Program-made: the position numbers and the translations under genes
Source of the DNA: a virus
Lineage: Duplodnaviria > Caudoviricetes
IMG/VR virus record: IMGVR_UViG_3300027736_000055
Coordinates: 1 to 56,079 of that record
Strand: one strand, 5' to 3'
Length of the DNA: 56,079 nucleotides
In this document: one piece after another, positions 27,601 to 37,228 of the stretch
Numbering within the stretch: position 1 is the stretch's first letter
Layout: every line of letters begins with the position of its first letter
Notes under the pieces: model-generated
Database searches by the model: none
What the model saw: the letters and a program-made list of their open reading frames with translations, nothing else
Told to the model about the DNA's origin: nothing

Positions 27601-29566
27601 AACAAAGCTTCCATTCTTTATAGATAACAGAGTAAATGCTCCTGATGATAGTGATATATTCTATGATGAGATAGGTAACGTTGCCTATCCTAGATATTGG
27701 CATTCATCAAGATCTATCTTGAGTAATTACCAAGTGGGTACGGTCACTAACCTACAGAACATAATATCTGTAAAGGCTACAGCATTAGATTGTCCAAATG
27801 ATCCTACATATAATACTGCTGGAGGAACCACAACTACTACAACCACAACTCAGATTCCAGGAAGCGTTACTCCAGGTAATGTTAACTATGGATATCTTGG
27901 TAAGATGTATATGTTTGCTTATGGCATTCCTTATTTCTATTGTGAGAGCTCTATTAACATAGACTTACGTCAAGCTGTTAATAATCTTGATGGTGACTTC
28001 TATCCACACGTTAGCTCTGGTATTCCTGATACATGGTTACAACAAACTAACGTACCAATAGCTTTAGATAACACATACAACTATAACATCACCTTCTCTA
28101 AGCAGAACACTGAGAACTTCTTCTCACATCTACCTATTGATTGGGATGGTAGTCAATGTAGAACAGTATATCCTTTTAGAACTATATACTCAGATCCTCA
28201 AGTGAGTGATCCTACAAGTAAGGTGAACAACTGGTTAATCTATCGTCCTGTATCATTCTTTGACTTCCCTCAGAGTTATGGAGATTTAATATCTCTTGAT
28301 GGTATACAGAACAAAGGTATCCTTGCTCGTTTTGAGAACAAGTCATTGTTATACAATACAATGCTTACAATCAATACTAGCAATCCACAAGCTGCATACA
28401 TTGGTAATCCAACATTATTTAGAAGCTCGCCCCCAGTAGACTTTGCAGAAACTGATTTAGGATATGTAGGATCTCAAAACAAGATGTTGTTAAAGATACC
28501 TCAAGGACAAATAAGTATTGATGCTAAACGTGGACAGATATTTTTATTGTCTGGTCAAGGTGCTACAGATCTTACAGCATTTGGATCAGGAGTTAACCGA
28601 TTCATGACTGACCATTTAGCCTTTGAGATACTACGTTACTATCCTTCTGCTCAGATTGATAATAGCTTTAAAGGACTAGGACTATCAGGAGTATACGATA
28701 GTAAGTATGATAGAGTGATTATCACTAAGCTTGACTACATTCCTCAACCAGCCTATGTTGATGTAATCACTTACAACTCTACCACTAATGAGTTTTATGT
28801 AGGAGAAACAATAGTGTCTCTCACCAACCTTACATATTTCTGTAACAAGTCTTGGACTATGTCATTTAATATGAATACTAAGAGTTGGGTGAGCTTCCAT
28901 AGTTATCTACCTAACTATTACATAGGAGATAACAACTTCTATTATTCAGGTAAGGTGGGTATTGGTATGTGGAGACATTTGACTAGTGAGCTAGTTAACA
29001 ATAACTTCTATGGAACAATTGTTCCTTACATTATTGAATATCCTTTTGCATATGAATATCACGATGAGATATTACAGAACGTAAAAGACTACACACGTGC
29101 ATATCAATATCTACCTATCACTGATGGCGTATATAACGATAATGCAAAGATTCAAACAGACGACTACTACTTCAACAAAGCAGTGTTATATAATGGTCAA
29201 CAGTCTACAGGATTGTTAAAGCTTGTTAAGAAGCCTATGCATAACTTGGCTGCTTATAATCAGTATCCAATATACAACACAGATAGTAAAACTATATTGT
29301 TCACTAAGAGCGATAGTTTCTACAACTATAATACTTTCTGGAACGTAGTTAAAGATAAGACCCAAGTATTGTTTAATACCACTTGCGAATCTCTATCTAT
29401 TGATAAAGTGATCAATCAGTCTAATATGGACTATGGTACTAGATCATATAGAAAAGATCCATTACGTGCCAAAGGATTACTCATCAGACATATTCTAGAT
29501 GATAGATCAGACATACACATGGTGAGTCAGTTTATTGTTGCACCTTCTCAAATCTCTTATAAATAA
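24629..29566 (+). CDS. Tail stabilization / muzzle protein
   Basis: 1645 aa, beta-rich, with YALNA, IYWTDG, RDEVYAF, GGDTFV and WVSFHSY motifs. Confidence 0.75.
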   Translation: MAGEETTNQQRGNININYNAAQTGIDMDKSLGQIAKGKLTYALNANVENFDSNSVNYQNEEGNEFCLEFPSGYTLIGKHYIQEKAKHIFFLVNSSTGDSQIGYMVNNDCVYNSLLTAECLNFDVNYPIHKVVHRITNCTTEIYWTDGLNSRRFLDIDDVPTSGDICNKLSVQPNFNIPQLTIAEVTTGGELIAGTYQFAIQYSDAQGFGYTSYYSVTNPTPIANPDITSAEFNYPVNKSIRLTITNLEISGYYEYYNLAVIKSVNGITSVELIGTYYINSAIDQVTYTGQNQTQIRLSINDIFEKFPYYDIAGDVTSVQDVLIWDQLTTNKRINYQSIAAQIALNWETYKIPAGSDYSNPDIATKLRGYLRDEVYAFEICFLLKNGRQTDGFHIPGRTAIASDLVPISKASNNDYIGSGTSAPTWKIYNTAYDVQNATGDPIAGATPYKFGKFAYWESDEQYQGTVFTSAGLTGGIRHHKFPDVLVSPIFESATLVGGLPVTQASDAVYPLGVRVSIAQIKSLIASSSLSVEEKAEIVGFKILRGSRSTNKSIVGKGILRNVGKYTREGTDFYFPNYPYNDLNADPFLLSTTNAYNSQSIKYRIGSPSIGGSISYTSDITGLVESRLLTALEAAFDLNSLTYPLLQAGASATITAPGLKTVTIGISTDSQTMFSYADPYSVTIINITVYVTDGIKYLAINSFYPFQYVSGSKNFTVTLSDTVNAESLPSNLNAFSTDASKFRNVFNSPETSFGQPSLGSILKVENAIFGESRSHFVQVKNNARYKLINRNTQQQALQSSYNIAISTGTLDGNAMFTTYQAYLQIYINGLSRTNFAYSFNSTASYDYWANITNSGNKQRELSIYQYLIPGVQSTSDDHDVNNFQRESSVYLKTAGTTPLPFVKDVPAVTALSITDTTRFTASQRHKCGSPEDIISNSSVMYYASLKNIIVNQYGQLYSYETIDTGFQIDLDTVDTIGVAFGGDTFVSRFGFKTKLPFFIDNRVNAPDDSDIFYDEIGNVAYPRYWHSSRSILSNYQVGTVTNLQNIISVKATALDCPNDPTYNTAGGTTTTTTTTQIPGSVTPGNVNYGYLGKMYMFAYGIPYFYCESSINIDLRQAVNNLDGDFYPHVSSGIPDTWLQQTNVPIALDNTYNYNITFSKQNTENFFSHLPIDWDGSQCRTVYPFRTIYSDPQVSDPTSKVNNWLIYRPVSFFDFPQSYGDLISLDGIQNKGILARFENKSLLYNTMLTINTSNPQAAYIGNPTLFRSSPPVDFAETDLGYVGSQNKMLLKIPQGQISIDAKRGQIFLLSGQGATDLTAFGSGVNRFMTDHLAFEILRYYPSAQIDNSFKGLGLSGVYDSKYDRVIITKLDYIPQPAYVDVITYNSTTNEFYVGETIVSLTNLTYFCNKSWTMSFNMNTKSWVSFHSYLPNYYIGDNNFYYSGKVGIGMWRHLTSELVNNNFYGTIVPYIIEYPFAYEYHDEILQNVKDYTRAYQYLPITDGVYNDNAKIQTDDYYFNKAVLYNGQQSTGLLKLVKKPMHNLAAYNQYPIYNTDSKTILFTKSDSFYNYNTFWNVVKDKTQVLFNTTCESLSIDKVINQSNMDYGTRSYRKDPLRAKGLLIRHILDDRSDIHMVSQFIVAPSQISYK

Positions 29567-30891
29567 TGAAAGGTAAAGTTACATGTTCTTGTGGTCATTC
29601 CTGGAATACATCAGATTCTAGTAAGAAGGATGCGTCTGTCTGTCACATATGTGGTAAAGACAACACAATGAAAGATGGTGGTTGGTTAGAAAAGTACAAT
29701 GATGGAGGTCCTGTTCAACCTAACTATAATGATTACTCTGTATCAGCTCCTGAAGGATTCCAAGGTGATGGATATAGTAACGTAGGACGTAACTATTCTC
29801 CTGCATGGGGAGGACAGTTTAAAGAAGGAGGAGAACTTCCTAATGTAACAGTTAAAGGTAAAAGACAACCTATCACTGTTACAGATAAGAATGATCCTAG
29901 ATTAAAAGCTTATCAAGATAGCTTAAGTTTATTTAATGAAAGTAAAAATACAGAAGATAAAGTTTCTAAAATATTTGCAAAGGCATATAAGAGAGTAGGA
30001 TTTGATAAATCAACTATTGATGAAACTTTATATAGAGGAAAAGATATTATATTAAATCCTAAAAAATATACAAAAGAACAAGAACATGAGGGTGGTCCTC
30101 GTGTAAAAAATTATAATAAAAAAGGTTTATATTCTTCATCATTTCCTGGTGAAGAATATTTAGGTACACCTGAATATCCAGCAACTATTCAAAATCTAAT
30201 AAAATATAATAAAGAATATATTAAATATCATAGTCCATACTTAAATAGTTTGGATGAAGATATAAATGGATTAACTGCTAAAGAAAGAATAGAATTAGCA
30301 AATATTACAAATGCTAGTTTGCAAAAACAAAATAATATTATAAAAAGAACAGGTTACAACCCTACTTATTTTATACCTAATGCTGAAAGGACTCCTAATT
30401 TAATATTTAAAAAACCAACACAACCTGTAGTATATAGACCAGAATCTACTCCTCAATCTACAATAGATTTTATGGAGGGAAACTATGGACAAGAACCTAT
30501 TATAGAAATACCACAATCACAAGCAAGTGCATATGGAGAAGTGGTAGATCCTAGAACAGGATATACACACATGACTAGACAAGGAAGTCCTATGTATCCA
30601 ATGGTTGGTCAAAGAGTTCCTGAGATGGCTATGGGAGGATCTATGCCAGGAGCTGTAGGATTCATGTACGCACGTACAAATGATCCTGCTCCTAGTAATG
30701 GTAAGTATGCTAAGAAGACAAAAGCTTCTGCACAGAATGGAAAAGAGATGAGATACTATCAAGAAGGGCTAGACTTCAAACCTAAATCTATATCGAGAGA
30801 TGGTAGCCAGTTGACAAAACTAGATCAGCTTACAAACTTTACAAATTATAATAAACCAACCAAAGGTGGGTGGTTAGATAAATACAAATAA
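29566..30891 (+). CDS. Putative cargo (internal virion) protein
   Basis: N-terminal CxC...CxxC knuckle; GGWLxKY repeated at both ends; several xxGG motifs. Confidence 0.6.
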   Translation: MKGKVTCSCGHSWNTSDSSKKDASVCHICGKDNTMKDGGWLEKYNDGGPVQPNYNDYSVSAPEGFQGDGYSNVGRNYSPAWGGQFKEGGELPNVTVKGKRQPITVTDKNDPRLKAYQDSLSLFNESKNTEDKVSKIFAKAYKRVGFDKSTIDETLYRGKDIILNPKKYTKEQEHEGGPRVKNYNKKGLYSSSFPGEEYLGTPEYPATIQNLIKYNKEYIKYHSPYLNSLDEDINGLTAKERIELANITNASLQKQNNIIKRTGYNPTYFIPNAERTPNLIFKKPTQPVVYRPESTPQSTIDFMEGNYGQEPIIEIPQSQASAYGEVVDPRTGYTHMTRQGSPMYPMVGQRVPEMAMGGSMPGAVGFMYARTNDPAPSNGKYAKKTKASAQNGKEMRYYQEGLDFKPKSISRDGSQLTKLDQLTNFTNYNKPTKGGWLDKYK

Positions 30892-30892
30892 T

Positions 30893-33793
30893 ATGAAGGC
30901 TCAAATATTAAAATTAGCAGGTGTAAAAACTGAGAAAGAGTTCTATCGTAAATTTCCTACGGAAGAAGCTTTTATGGAGAAACATGGTGAAGCTTTACAG
31001 AAAGCTCAACTTGGTGCAAAGATGCCAAGACAGATGCCAGTAAATATTCCTGCTCTTCCAACTTTACAAAATACATTTTCATCAACTCCTGGTTTTGGAG
31101 CTACAGCTAAAGCGTATGGAAAAAATCTAGGTAATGATGTTCTTAAAGGAGTGAATGCTTTGGTTAAACCTGTAGACTTATCTACACCTAGTGGACTTGC
31201 AGGTATGATTGGTGGAATTGGAGCTGGTATAAATACTATAAAACAAACTGAGAAAAACATTGGAGAGCTTGAGAAGTATGGAAAGGTAAGTGATGTTGTA
31301 TTACAAGCTCGTAATACAAAAGCTGCGCCACCTCAAAGACTATATGATTTTCCAAAGTTAGTTACGGGTATGAATCCTAAAGGAACAGGTACTAACTATC
31401 TAGCTGCAAGGAATGGTACAGAGATACAAAATACATACGCTCCTAATGATATATACACTGACTCAGGATATGAGCCATTGAATGATAGTAATGTTAAGCA
31501 ATATAAGAAAGGTGGCAAGATGAGAAAAGCTGAAGGCGGATTTAGTCTTGATCCGTTTGCTGGCATTGCTGGTGGTATTGGTGGATCGTTAGGTTCTGCT
31601 GCAGGTAAAGGTTCTGGTAAAGGTGGACCTGGTTCTACAATTGGTTCTACTCTTGGTGGTATTGCTGGATCATTCATTCCTATTCCAGGCGTAGGTACAG
31701 CGTTAGGTAGTCTTGCTGGTGGATTCATTGGTGGACTATTTGATGCACAAGATCAGAATGAACAACAAGCTGCTCAAGATAAGTTAGATCAAAACATGCA
31801 AGGTTTAGCATTCCAATCAGGAGCTAGAAATATTCAGCAAACCAATAAAGGATTTATGGAAGATGGAGGATGGGTGAGTAATGACTGGCAGCCACAAGTG
31901 ATAACATCATTTGGTGACCATAGTATGAAAGACTTATTAGCACCAGATCCTATGATGAACACATTACGTGCAGGTGGAAACTTGAAGTATTACACTCCTC
32001 CTAGTGAGAGAGCTATGTATACAGGTAGAGCAGAGAATGGTGCACAGATGGCTATGGGTGGAGATTTACAAGTTCATCGTGGAGAAGCTGAAACATTATC
32101 TTATAATCCTTACATGCCTAATAATGGAGAAACAGTAATGTTTAGAGGACCTTCTCATGATAACGGTGGTATGCCTATATCTTATGGACAGAACGGTATA
32201 GAAGTAGAAGGAGGAGAACCAGCTCAAGTTATGCAAGATGGTGGTAAGGCAGATAATTTAGTTGTATTTGGTAATATGGAGATACCAGGATATGGCGCTA
32301 ATGAAATAGGTGACCCTAAAGCTAAAGGTATGAAGTTTAAAAGATATATAGCTGAATTGAGTAAACAAGAAGCTAAGAACAATAAGTATATGGATAAGTC
32401 TCTTGACTTAATTAATAGAGCTGATACTAATGATCCATTCCAACAACTATCATTTAACTCTGGTAAAGCTATGATGCTAGGTTCTCAAATGAACTTAAAG
32501 AGCATAGCTGATAAGAAGAAGAATGCTGCGGCTGTACAAGATGCTATTCTTGAGACTGCTGAACAATACGGAATGGATAGTGCAAAGCTTGCTAAGCAAA
32601 AGATTGCTAAGTTTGGTGGTAAGTTTACATCTTCATCTATGGCGCAAAATGGTATTAATCTAAACCCAATTGCAGAAAATCTTCCTGGATCATATATTCC
32701 TGATTTAAGTAAGCAAATAATGGATGCTAAGTCTGCTGCAAAGATTTCAGAGCAGGCACGTCATGCAAATGATTTTAACATAGCTAACTATATCCCAAGC
32801 AGGTTATTTCATCAAGGCGTACCTCTTAGAGATACTATTGGTGTATTTAATCCAGAATTAGGTCAGTACGAAGTTCCTGAGGTAGAAAAGATAAACCGAA
32901 TTACTGTACCACGTATTAATGATGAACCAACTACTGGTAACTCAATTTTACAAGGCAACATCTTTAATACGCAGAAGCAAATGAAAGCTAAGAATGCGTT
33001 TCCACTTGAAAGTATTCTACAGATGGGATTAACTTCAGCAGCACCGTTCTTAAGAAACAAATACAATGATAGTGTTAGTCCAGAACAACTTGCTCCTGAA
33101 ATGTTAGCAGCAGCTCTTAATCAACAAGAGCCTGTAGGCGCACAGTTATATAACCCAATGCTTACACAAGCTACAAGCATTAGCTTACAAGATCAATTAA
33201 ATGAGGTGACAGCACAAACACGTGCTGCTGAAAGACTTGCTCAAGGTGATCCTTCAGCATTAGCAATGATTGCTTCTCAAGGACAACAAGCTAAGAGTAA
33301 GATATTAGGCGAGCAATTTAGAATGAACCAAGCTGAGAAGCAACGTGTGTCAGAACAAAATGCTGCTGTACTTAATGATGCTCAGATGAAGAACTTAGCA
33401 TTGCTAGATCAGCAAATGGTTAGACAGTTTGAAGGAAGAAGTAAAACTAAAACACAAGCTATCGAGATTGCTAAAAACATTGCTGATAAGATTGCTAAGA
33501 AGAAATCAGAAAACCTTGCAGCTAACGTTTATCAAAACATGTATCCTGATTATAACTTTACACCTTCTGGTACAGCTTACAAGAATCCTTATAGTATGGC
33601 ATCTTTCGGTCCTGGTATGGGAAGAAGCTCTGGACAAGGTATGCTTGGCGGTATACAAATGGGTAATAAAAACTTATTGCCTACAAACTATGATAAGAGA
33701 GGTAACCCCACTCACTATAAACTTATAGGATCAGATGATGATTTAGATGCTAAAAGAAATGGTGGAATCGTAAAAGCATTCAAGAATTTCTAA
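30893..33793 (+). CDS. Cargo / ejection protein with a glycine-zipper membrane segment
   Basis: GSTLGGIAGSFIPIPGVGTALGSLAGGFIGGLF, GPSHDNGG...EVEGGE and Gln-rich helices. Confidence 0.65.
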   Translation: MKAQILKLAGVKTEKEFYRKFPTEEAFMEKHGEALQKAQLGAKMPRQMPVNIPALPTLQNTFSSTPGFGATAKAYGKNLGNDVLKGVNALVKPVDLSTPSGLAGMIGGIGAGINTIKQTEKNIGELEKYGKVSDVVLQARNTKAAPPQRLYDFPKLVTGMNPKGTGTNYLAARNGTEIQNTYAPNDIYTDSGYEPLNDSNVKQYKKGGKMRKAEGGFSLDPFAGIAGGIGGSLGSAAGKGSGKGGPGSTIGSTLGGIAGSFIPIPGVGTALGSLAGGFIGGLFDAQDQNEQQAAQDKLDQNMQGLAFQSGARNIQQTNKGFMEDGGWVSNDWQPQVITSFGDHSMKDLLAPDPMMNTLRAGGNLKYYTPPSERAMYTGRAENGAQMAMGGDLQVHRGEAETLSYNPYMPNNGETVMFRGPSHDNGGMPISYGQNGIEVEGGEPAQVMQDGGKADNLVVFGNMEIPGYGANEIGDPKAKGMKFKRYIAELSKQEAKNNKYMDKSLDLINRADTNDPFQQLSFNSGKAMMLGSQMNLKSIADKKKNAAAVQDAILETAEQYGMDSAKLAKQKIAKFGGKFTSSSMAQNGINLNPIAENLPGSYIPDLSKQIMDAKSAAKISEQARHANDFNIANYIPSRLFHQGVPLRDTIGVFNPELGQYEVPEVEKINRITVPRINDEPTTGNSILQGNIFNTQKQMKAKNAFPLESILQMGLTSAAPFLRNKYNDSVSPEQLAPEMLAAALNQQEPVGAQLYNPMLTQATSISLQDQLNEVTAQTRAAERLAQGDPSALAMIASQGQQAKSKILGEQFRMNQAEKQRVSEQNAAVLNDAQMKNLALLDQQMVRQFEGRSKTKTQAIEIAKNIADKIAKKKSENLAANVYQNMYPDYNFTPSGTAYKNPYSMASFGPGMGRSSGQGMLGGIQMGNKNLLPTNYDKRGNPTHYKLIGSDDDLDAKRNGGIVKAFKNF

Positions 33794-33834
33794 TCAAAAC
33801 GGTTATACAAGATTAACTGATTCTGTTAGTTAGT

Positions 33835-33867
33835 CTTGTGTAATTGATATATTTTAAATTATATTTG
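33835..33867 (+). promoter_or_regulatory. Putative -33/-7 promoter
   Basis: CTTG (33835-33838), 21-nt spacer, TATATTTG (33860-33867). Confidence 0.6.
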
Positions 33868-33883
33868 TTAATTATACTAAGCC

Positions 33884-34501
33884 ATGGCTTCATTCACTGG
33901 ACTAATTTATCTAACAGTTAACTTGATAAATCAAAAAATTTATGTAGGACAAAGTACTATTGATAAGTTATCATATGTAGGAAGTGGTTCTGCTATTAGA
34001 AAAGCTATTAAAAAATATGGCAAAAGTAATTTTAATAGGGTTATATTAAGAAACAATATAACTTGTTTAGAAGAGTTAAACTTTTGGGAAAGTTATTATA
34101 TTAAATTAATAAAATCCAATAATCCTAAAATAGGTTATAATATAACATTAGGAGGAGATAATGGTGGTTGGAAACATACAGAAGAATCAATTGATAAAAT
34201 TAAAAATAGAAGTAATCAATTAGATAATAAAAAACGTATAAGAGAAATTCAAAAAATTGCTACTGAACAAAGATTAGGATCTCATCATAGTAAAGATAGT
34301 AAGATTAAAATGATGAATACTAAGTTTGGAAATGTCCGACATATTGAAATATATAAAGATGATATATTAATGTACACTTGTAATTTTTCAAAAGAAGCTC
34401 AAAACTTGACAGGAATTAAACAATCTGGAATTAAAAATAACTTATGTGGATTGTCTAAATCTGCTGGAGGTTTTATTTTTAAATATAAACAATTAAGCTA
34501 A
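33884..34501 (+). CDS. Free-standing GIY-YIG homing endonuclease (Seg-like, with NUMOD3/NUMOD1-like motifs)
   Basis: GLIY...IYVGQS, YVGSG, WESYYI, GYNITLGG, KHTEES and SAGGFIFKY motifs; very AT-rich. Confidence 0.9.
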   Translation: MASFTGLIYLTVNLINQKIYVGQSTIDKLSYVGSGSAIRKAIKKYGKSNFNRVILRNNITCLEELNFWESYYIKLIKSNNPKIGYNITLGGDNGGWKHTEESIDKIKNRSNQLDNKKRIREIQKIATEQRLGSHHSKDSKIKMMNTKFGNVRHIEIYKDDILMYTCNFSKEAQNLTGIKQSGIKNNLCGLSKSAGGFIFKYKQLS

Positions 34502-37221
34502 TGGCAAGTTTTACCGATGCAATATCGACCTTTAATCCTTACGTGCAAGAGCTCCCCGTAGATGCTATGCTAAAGGTTGGCATGTACAAGCAAGCCAAAT
34601 ACGAAGAAGGTGTTCAAAGAATTCAATCTCAGCTAGATCAGGTATACGGACTTAGTGTTAGTAGACCTGTAGATAAACAATATCTAGAATCAAAACTAGG
34701 ACAGCTAAATAACAATCTTAGATATGTTGCTGCTGGAGACTTTTCTAATCAACAGCTTGTTAACTCTGTTGGTGGTATGGCTGGTGAAATCAGCAAAGAT
34801 AGAAGAATCCAAAACGCTATGGCGTCCACTGCTAATATTACAAAGCAAGGACAAGTGATGGATGCTGCTAGACAGAAGGGTGAGCTAGCTCCAGAGAACG
34901 AAGATCTATATAACGATCATCTTGGTAAGTATCTATCTTCTACAGAAGACGAAGCAAGCTTTGTTAATGGTAGATATATTCCTTACACTAATGTATTCAA
35001 GAAGCTACAAGACGCAGCAGCAGCTGTAGGTATTGATAGTCAAGAAATTCCAACAATCCTTAAAACAGATGCAAGAGGTAACCCGATACCAGATGGTAAA
35101 GGAGGTTTTCAATGGAGTCCTATAATGGCTACAGAGAAGCTAAAAGGTAAAGATGTTGGTAAGATGTTAACAATGTTCAAAGCATCTTTAACTCCTCAAG
35201 ATTATCAACAGCTTGCTATTACAGGACGGTACACATACAAGAATGCTAGCCCTGAGGAATTAACTAGAATGATTGAGAGTGATTACTCTTCTGATAAATC
35301 AAAGTTAACAGCTGTTATCGATGACTTAAAAGTAAGATTAACTAATGAAGAAGGTTCACCTAATGCAGATATAACTAAAGTTACAGATCTTGCAGAACAA
35401 TATAAATATTACAATGAACTAAATGACAATCTAGATAAATCTATATCTTCAGAGATTGAAAATATGACTAAGAACCCTGATGCGTCTAAAGGAAGTTTAT
35501 ATACAAGAAAGTATTTAAACACTATGGCAATGAGCATGAGTGGTGTTGAGAAATCTAAGAGCTATTCAATAAGTCCTAACTATACAATATGGAACGATGA
35601 TAGAAATTTCCAAGCAGCTCAACAAAGAGAACGTAATACTCAATCACGTTGGTGGTACGAGCAAGAGTATAAGGCAAATAAAGATAAAGGAGATGCTTGG
35701 TTAGAACAGTTAAAGATGCATTTAGAGTTTGGTGGGCCACCTCCTGCAGGATATAAACCCAAACAACTTAAGTCTCCTTTTGATGTAGAAGGTGGAGAAG
35801 CTTACGATATAGTTAATCAAAAGAAAAATGAATATAGCGATGTACTAGGTGCTACTAACCAAGCTGCGTATGCATTAACTATAGCAAACTTCAAAAATGC
35901 TCATGCTAAACAACCTGGAGAAAAGGACCAAGCATACAACGAGAGGATTGCTAAGATGATTGCTAATATAGCTAAGGTTAAAGGTGTAGTTATAGATCCT
36001 AACTCTGGAGACATTAATGATTTAACAAATCAGTTTGCTTCAGAGATGGTTACTAAGTGGAAGAAGGGTGGTAACATTCCTTTACAATATAGAGACTTAG
36101 TAAGACAATATGATACAGGTCTTAAAGATGCTACTACATTAAGAGGTCAGCTTGAAGAGTTTGATAGAAAAGCAATTGCTGAAGCTAAGTTACAAGGAGT
36201 AGATGTTAAGTCTAACGCTGAGATTAAGAAGTTAATAAAGCCAGTTACAATTGATACTTATAATCCTTCAACTGGAATACAATCTAAAGTGACATTAACT
36301 GCTGATGATGTAATGGATTGGACATTAATTAATGCAGATCACTTCGAGTTTTTTGGAGGAATGGCTCTAGGTAAAGATCAGGAATCTAATAGACGTGCCG
36401 CTACATTAAGACAACAAGCTAAATTAGGAAATAAGTTTAATGACGTAAGTAACTCTGTTCGTACATCTGATCCAGGCAATGGTCGAAGTATAGTTCATCC
36501 AGGCATTCAAAATGCAGGAGATGTTATGAAGAAAGCTGGAGTTGATAAGAAAACAAAGATATTAGCAAAGCTATATCAAGACGCTGGTTATTCAACACAA
36601 CCGCTAATTACCCCTGTCAATAGAGGAAAGGCTAATAAAGATGATATTGATAATAATCTAATACAGATAGTAGATAACTATGTAGGTGTAGCAGATAATG
36701 CAGAAGCTGTAAAGGCAGCCATCTTATCTCCAGACAGTAAAGTGGGAATGCGAGTTATTCCTAAAGGTGCAGGAATGGGTAATGCCTATCAAATGGTAGT
36801 TACTAAGAGAGACGGTACCACTGAGGAATTAGCTGTTCAAGAATCTGACTATGAATATATGTTTGGACAAGCTCCAAGAAGCTCACCTGTTCCCAAAGTA
36901 CTTAATCAAATCAATGCATTTGGTACAAGTAACTTAGGTGGAACAAATAACCCTGATACATCTTGGTGGGGAAGTGATGATTTTATCAACTTAAAAAATT
37001 ACAAATATGGTATCACTGCTGATCTAGTTCCAGACCCAGGTCTTGATAAAAACAAACTATGGTTCGTCATGAATTTACATGATAAAAAGTCAGGAGATGT
37101 TATTAAACCAGTAACATACCCTAAGCCTTTTTATAAAATAATTGATGGCCAAATGAATACGCAGTTAGATGCATTACCTACAGGTATAAATCCATCTGTC
37201 TTAGAAGGAATAATGAAATAA
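34501..37221 (+). CDS. Cargo / ejection protein preceding the virion RNA polymerase
   Basis: 906 aa, helical; first of three consecutive large genes, as in phi14:2-like phages. Confidence 0.65.
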   Translation: MASFTDAISTFNPYVQELPVDAMLKVGMYKQAKYEEGVQRIQSQLDQVYGLSVSRPVDKQYLESKLGQLNNNLRYVAAGDFSNQQLVNSVGGMAGEISKDRRIQNAMASTANITKQGQVMDAARQKGELAPENEDLYNDHLGKYLSSTEDEASFVNGRYIPYTNVFKKLQDAAAAVGIDSQEIPTILKTDARGNPIPDGKGGFQWSPIMATEKLKGKDVGKMLTMFKASLTPQDYQQLAITGRYTYKNASPEELTRMIESDYSSDKSKLTAVIDDLKVRLTNEEGSPNADITKVTDLAEQYKYYNELNDNLDKSISSEIENMTKNPDASKGSLYTRKYLNTMAMSMSGVEKSKSYSISPNYTIWNDDRNFQAAQQRERNTQSRWWYEQEYKANKDKGDAWLEQLKMHLEFGGPPPAGYKPKQLKSPFDVEGGEAYDIVNQKKNEYSDVLGATNQAAYALTIANFKNAHAKQPGEKDQAYNERIAKMIANIAKVKGVVIDPNSGDINDLTNQFASEMVTKWKKGGNIPLQYRDLVRQYDTGLKDATTLRGQLEEFDRKAIAEAKLQGVDVKSNAEIKKLIKPVTIDTYNPSTGIQSKVTLTADDVMDWTLINADHFEFFGGMALGKDQESNRRAATLRQQAKLGNKFNDVSNSVRTSDPGNGRSIVHPGIQNAGDVMKKAGVDKKTKILAKLYQDAGYSTQPLITPVNRGKANKDDIDNNLIQIVDNYVGVADNAEAVKAAILSPDSKVGMRVIPKGAGMGNAYQMVVTKRDGTTEELAVQESDYEYMFGQAPRSSPVPKVLNQINAFGTSNLGGTNNPDTSWWGSDDFINLKNYKYGITADLVPDPGLDKNKLWFVMNLHDKKSGDVIKPVTYPKPFYKIIDGQMNTQLDALPTGINPSVLEGIMK

Positions 37222-37228
37222 GAAGATA

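Noticed and set aside
33884-34501. GIY-YIG gene as part of a group I intron or intein
   Set aside because: The ORF runs from the start codon to a stop that overlaps the next ATG. There is no room for a ribozyme core and no intein terminal residues.
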